NCBI GenBank assembly: GCA_002269645.1
Contig: NIVC01000261.1
Span: forward strand, 246,564-310,563
Direction of reading: 5' to 3'
Origin: Macrostomum lignano
Taxonomy: Eukaryota
Length of the DNA stretch: 64,000 bases
Shown here: positions 63,101 to 64,000 of the stretch, piece by piece
How the letters are laid out: the number at the start of each line of letters is the position of its first letter
Position numbering within the stretch: the stretch's first letter is position 1
The notes under the pieces: generated by a model
What the model saw: the letters and a program-made list of their open reading frames with translations, nothing else
Told to the model about the DNA's origin: nothing
Databases searched by the model: none
Translations under genes and position numbers: made by a program

Positions 63101-63819
63101 CTCTCATCTCCGCCTCTCTCATCTCTGCCTCTCTCATCCAATCCTCTCTCATCTCTGCCTTTCATCTCTGCCTCTCTCATCCATCCTCTCTCATCTCTGC
63201 CTCTCTCATCTCTGCCTCTCTCATCTCTGCCTCTCTCATCTCTGCCTCTCTCATCTCTGCCTCTCTCATCTCTGCCTCTCTCATCCATCCTCTCTCATCT
63301 CTGCCTCTCTCATCTCTGCCTCTCTCATCCATCCTCTCTCATCTCTGCCTCTCTCATCTCTCCTCTCTCATCTCTGCCTCTCTCATCTCTGCCTCTCTCA
63401 TCTGCCCCTCTCTGCCCCTCTCATCTCTGCCTCTCTCATATCTGCCCCTCTCATATCTGCTCCTCTGCCTTATATTCTAACTCGTTCTCAGTCTCTGTAT
63501 CTCTGATTGAGTCAGGAGTATAAGTACAAATGCCATTAATTAATGCTATTAACAATCGATCAATATTTTCCATAGCTGTTTACTCACCGCCCAGTTCGCG
63601 AGATTTCCCCGAGATCCTGCTAATAATGAGTCCGTAAGCTGTGCTCAAGCAGCACAGTGGGCCAAGAAACAGACTGGCAATGTTAAACAGCATGTAGGCC
63701 AGCACCAGCTTGTCCATGTGAGCTGTCAGGTGGTCTGTGCTAGTGGGCTGCATATCCAGCGAGACGCATTGGTAGAAATCTTCTCTCCATGGGCCTCGGG
63801 CCAGTCCAAAGAAGAATAG
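60198..63819 (-). CDS. Rhodopsin-family neuropeptide GPCR, GnRH/corazonin/AKH receptor type; last two exons (63819-63588, 60820-60198), 5' part beyond window
   Basis: ECL2 LARGPWREDFYQCV; TM5 AYMLF...FLGPL...AYGLI; RAKLRSFRM; TM6 FLLLWLPYW; TM7 FFFGMSTSAVNPVIYG. A phase-1 GT-AG intron joins ELG|ATD. Confidence 0.88.
60838..61048. repeat. 51-56-bp degenerate tandem repeat (~4 units) with a TCTCAGGGTGAGA palindromic core
   Basis: Direct reading; abuts the GPCR last-exon acceptor. Confidence 0.85.
61400..61480. repeat. 15-bp repeat ACAGGAGGGTGTTAC, ~5 units
   Basis: Direct reading. Confidence 0.9.
61872..63470. repeat. Pyrimidine-rich satellite, 15+15+14-bp units forming a 44-bp higher-order repeat, in the GPCR intron
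   Basis: A=CTCTCTCATCTCTGC, B=CTCTCTCATCCATC, mostly A-A-B. Confidence 0.97.
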
Positions 63820-63825
63820 CTGAAA

Positions 63826-64000
63826 AGTTAGACATGAGACACTTGTGTTAGACATGAGGCATTTATGTTAGACATTGAGGCCACTTGTGTTAGACATGAG
63901 ACACTCTGTTAGACATGCCACTTGTGTTTTCTGTTAGACATGAGGCCACTTGTGTTAGACATGAGGCACTCTGTTAGACATGAGGCCACTTGTGTTAGAA
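63826..64000. repeat. ~21-bp degenerate repeat CACTTGTGTTAGACATGAGGC (intronic, runs off the window)
   Basis: Direct reading. Confidence 0.85.

Overview
Eukaryotic (animal) genomic DNA with short ~80-bp introns, polyQ tracts and many minisatellites. This would fit a free-living flatworm such as Macrostomum, but the species cannot be established from the sequence. Gene models were built by hand from splice signals and checked for phase consistency. (1) Two tandem copies of a giant (~3,420 aa) secreted EMI/EGF + FN3-like-repeat + DUF642-like protein: copy 1 at <53-12402 and copy 2 at 16220-33907, each broken where the other is intact. (2) An internally deleted Gypsy LTR element in intron 3 of copy 2. 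(3) Su(H)/CSL on the minus strand with one intron. (4) Several minisatellites, MITE-like foldbacks and a deleted piggyBac. (5) A three-exon small secreted Cys/His-rich peptide gene that the ORF track does not show whole (45993-45484, minus). (6) Head-to-head with it, a 12-exon, 1,033-aa DEG/ENaC channel gene (47621-57337). (7) The 3' part of a GnRH/corazonin-type GPCR (minus). The most striking element is the DEG/ENaC channel: its finger region carries a 370-aa insert of two kringle domains, with a WSC domain nested inside the first kringle as a phase 1-1 exon, and its G-x-S filter reads G-I-F. Single-base indels could be sequencing errors, and domain calls are from motif recognition, not database searches.
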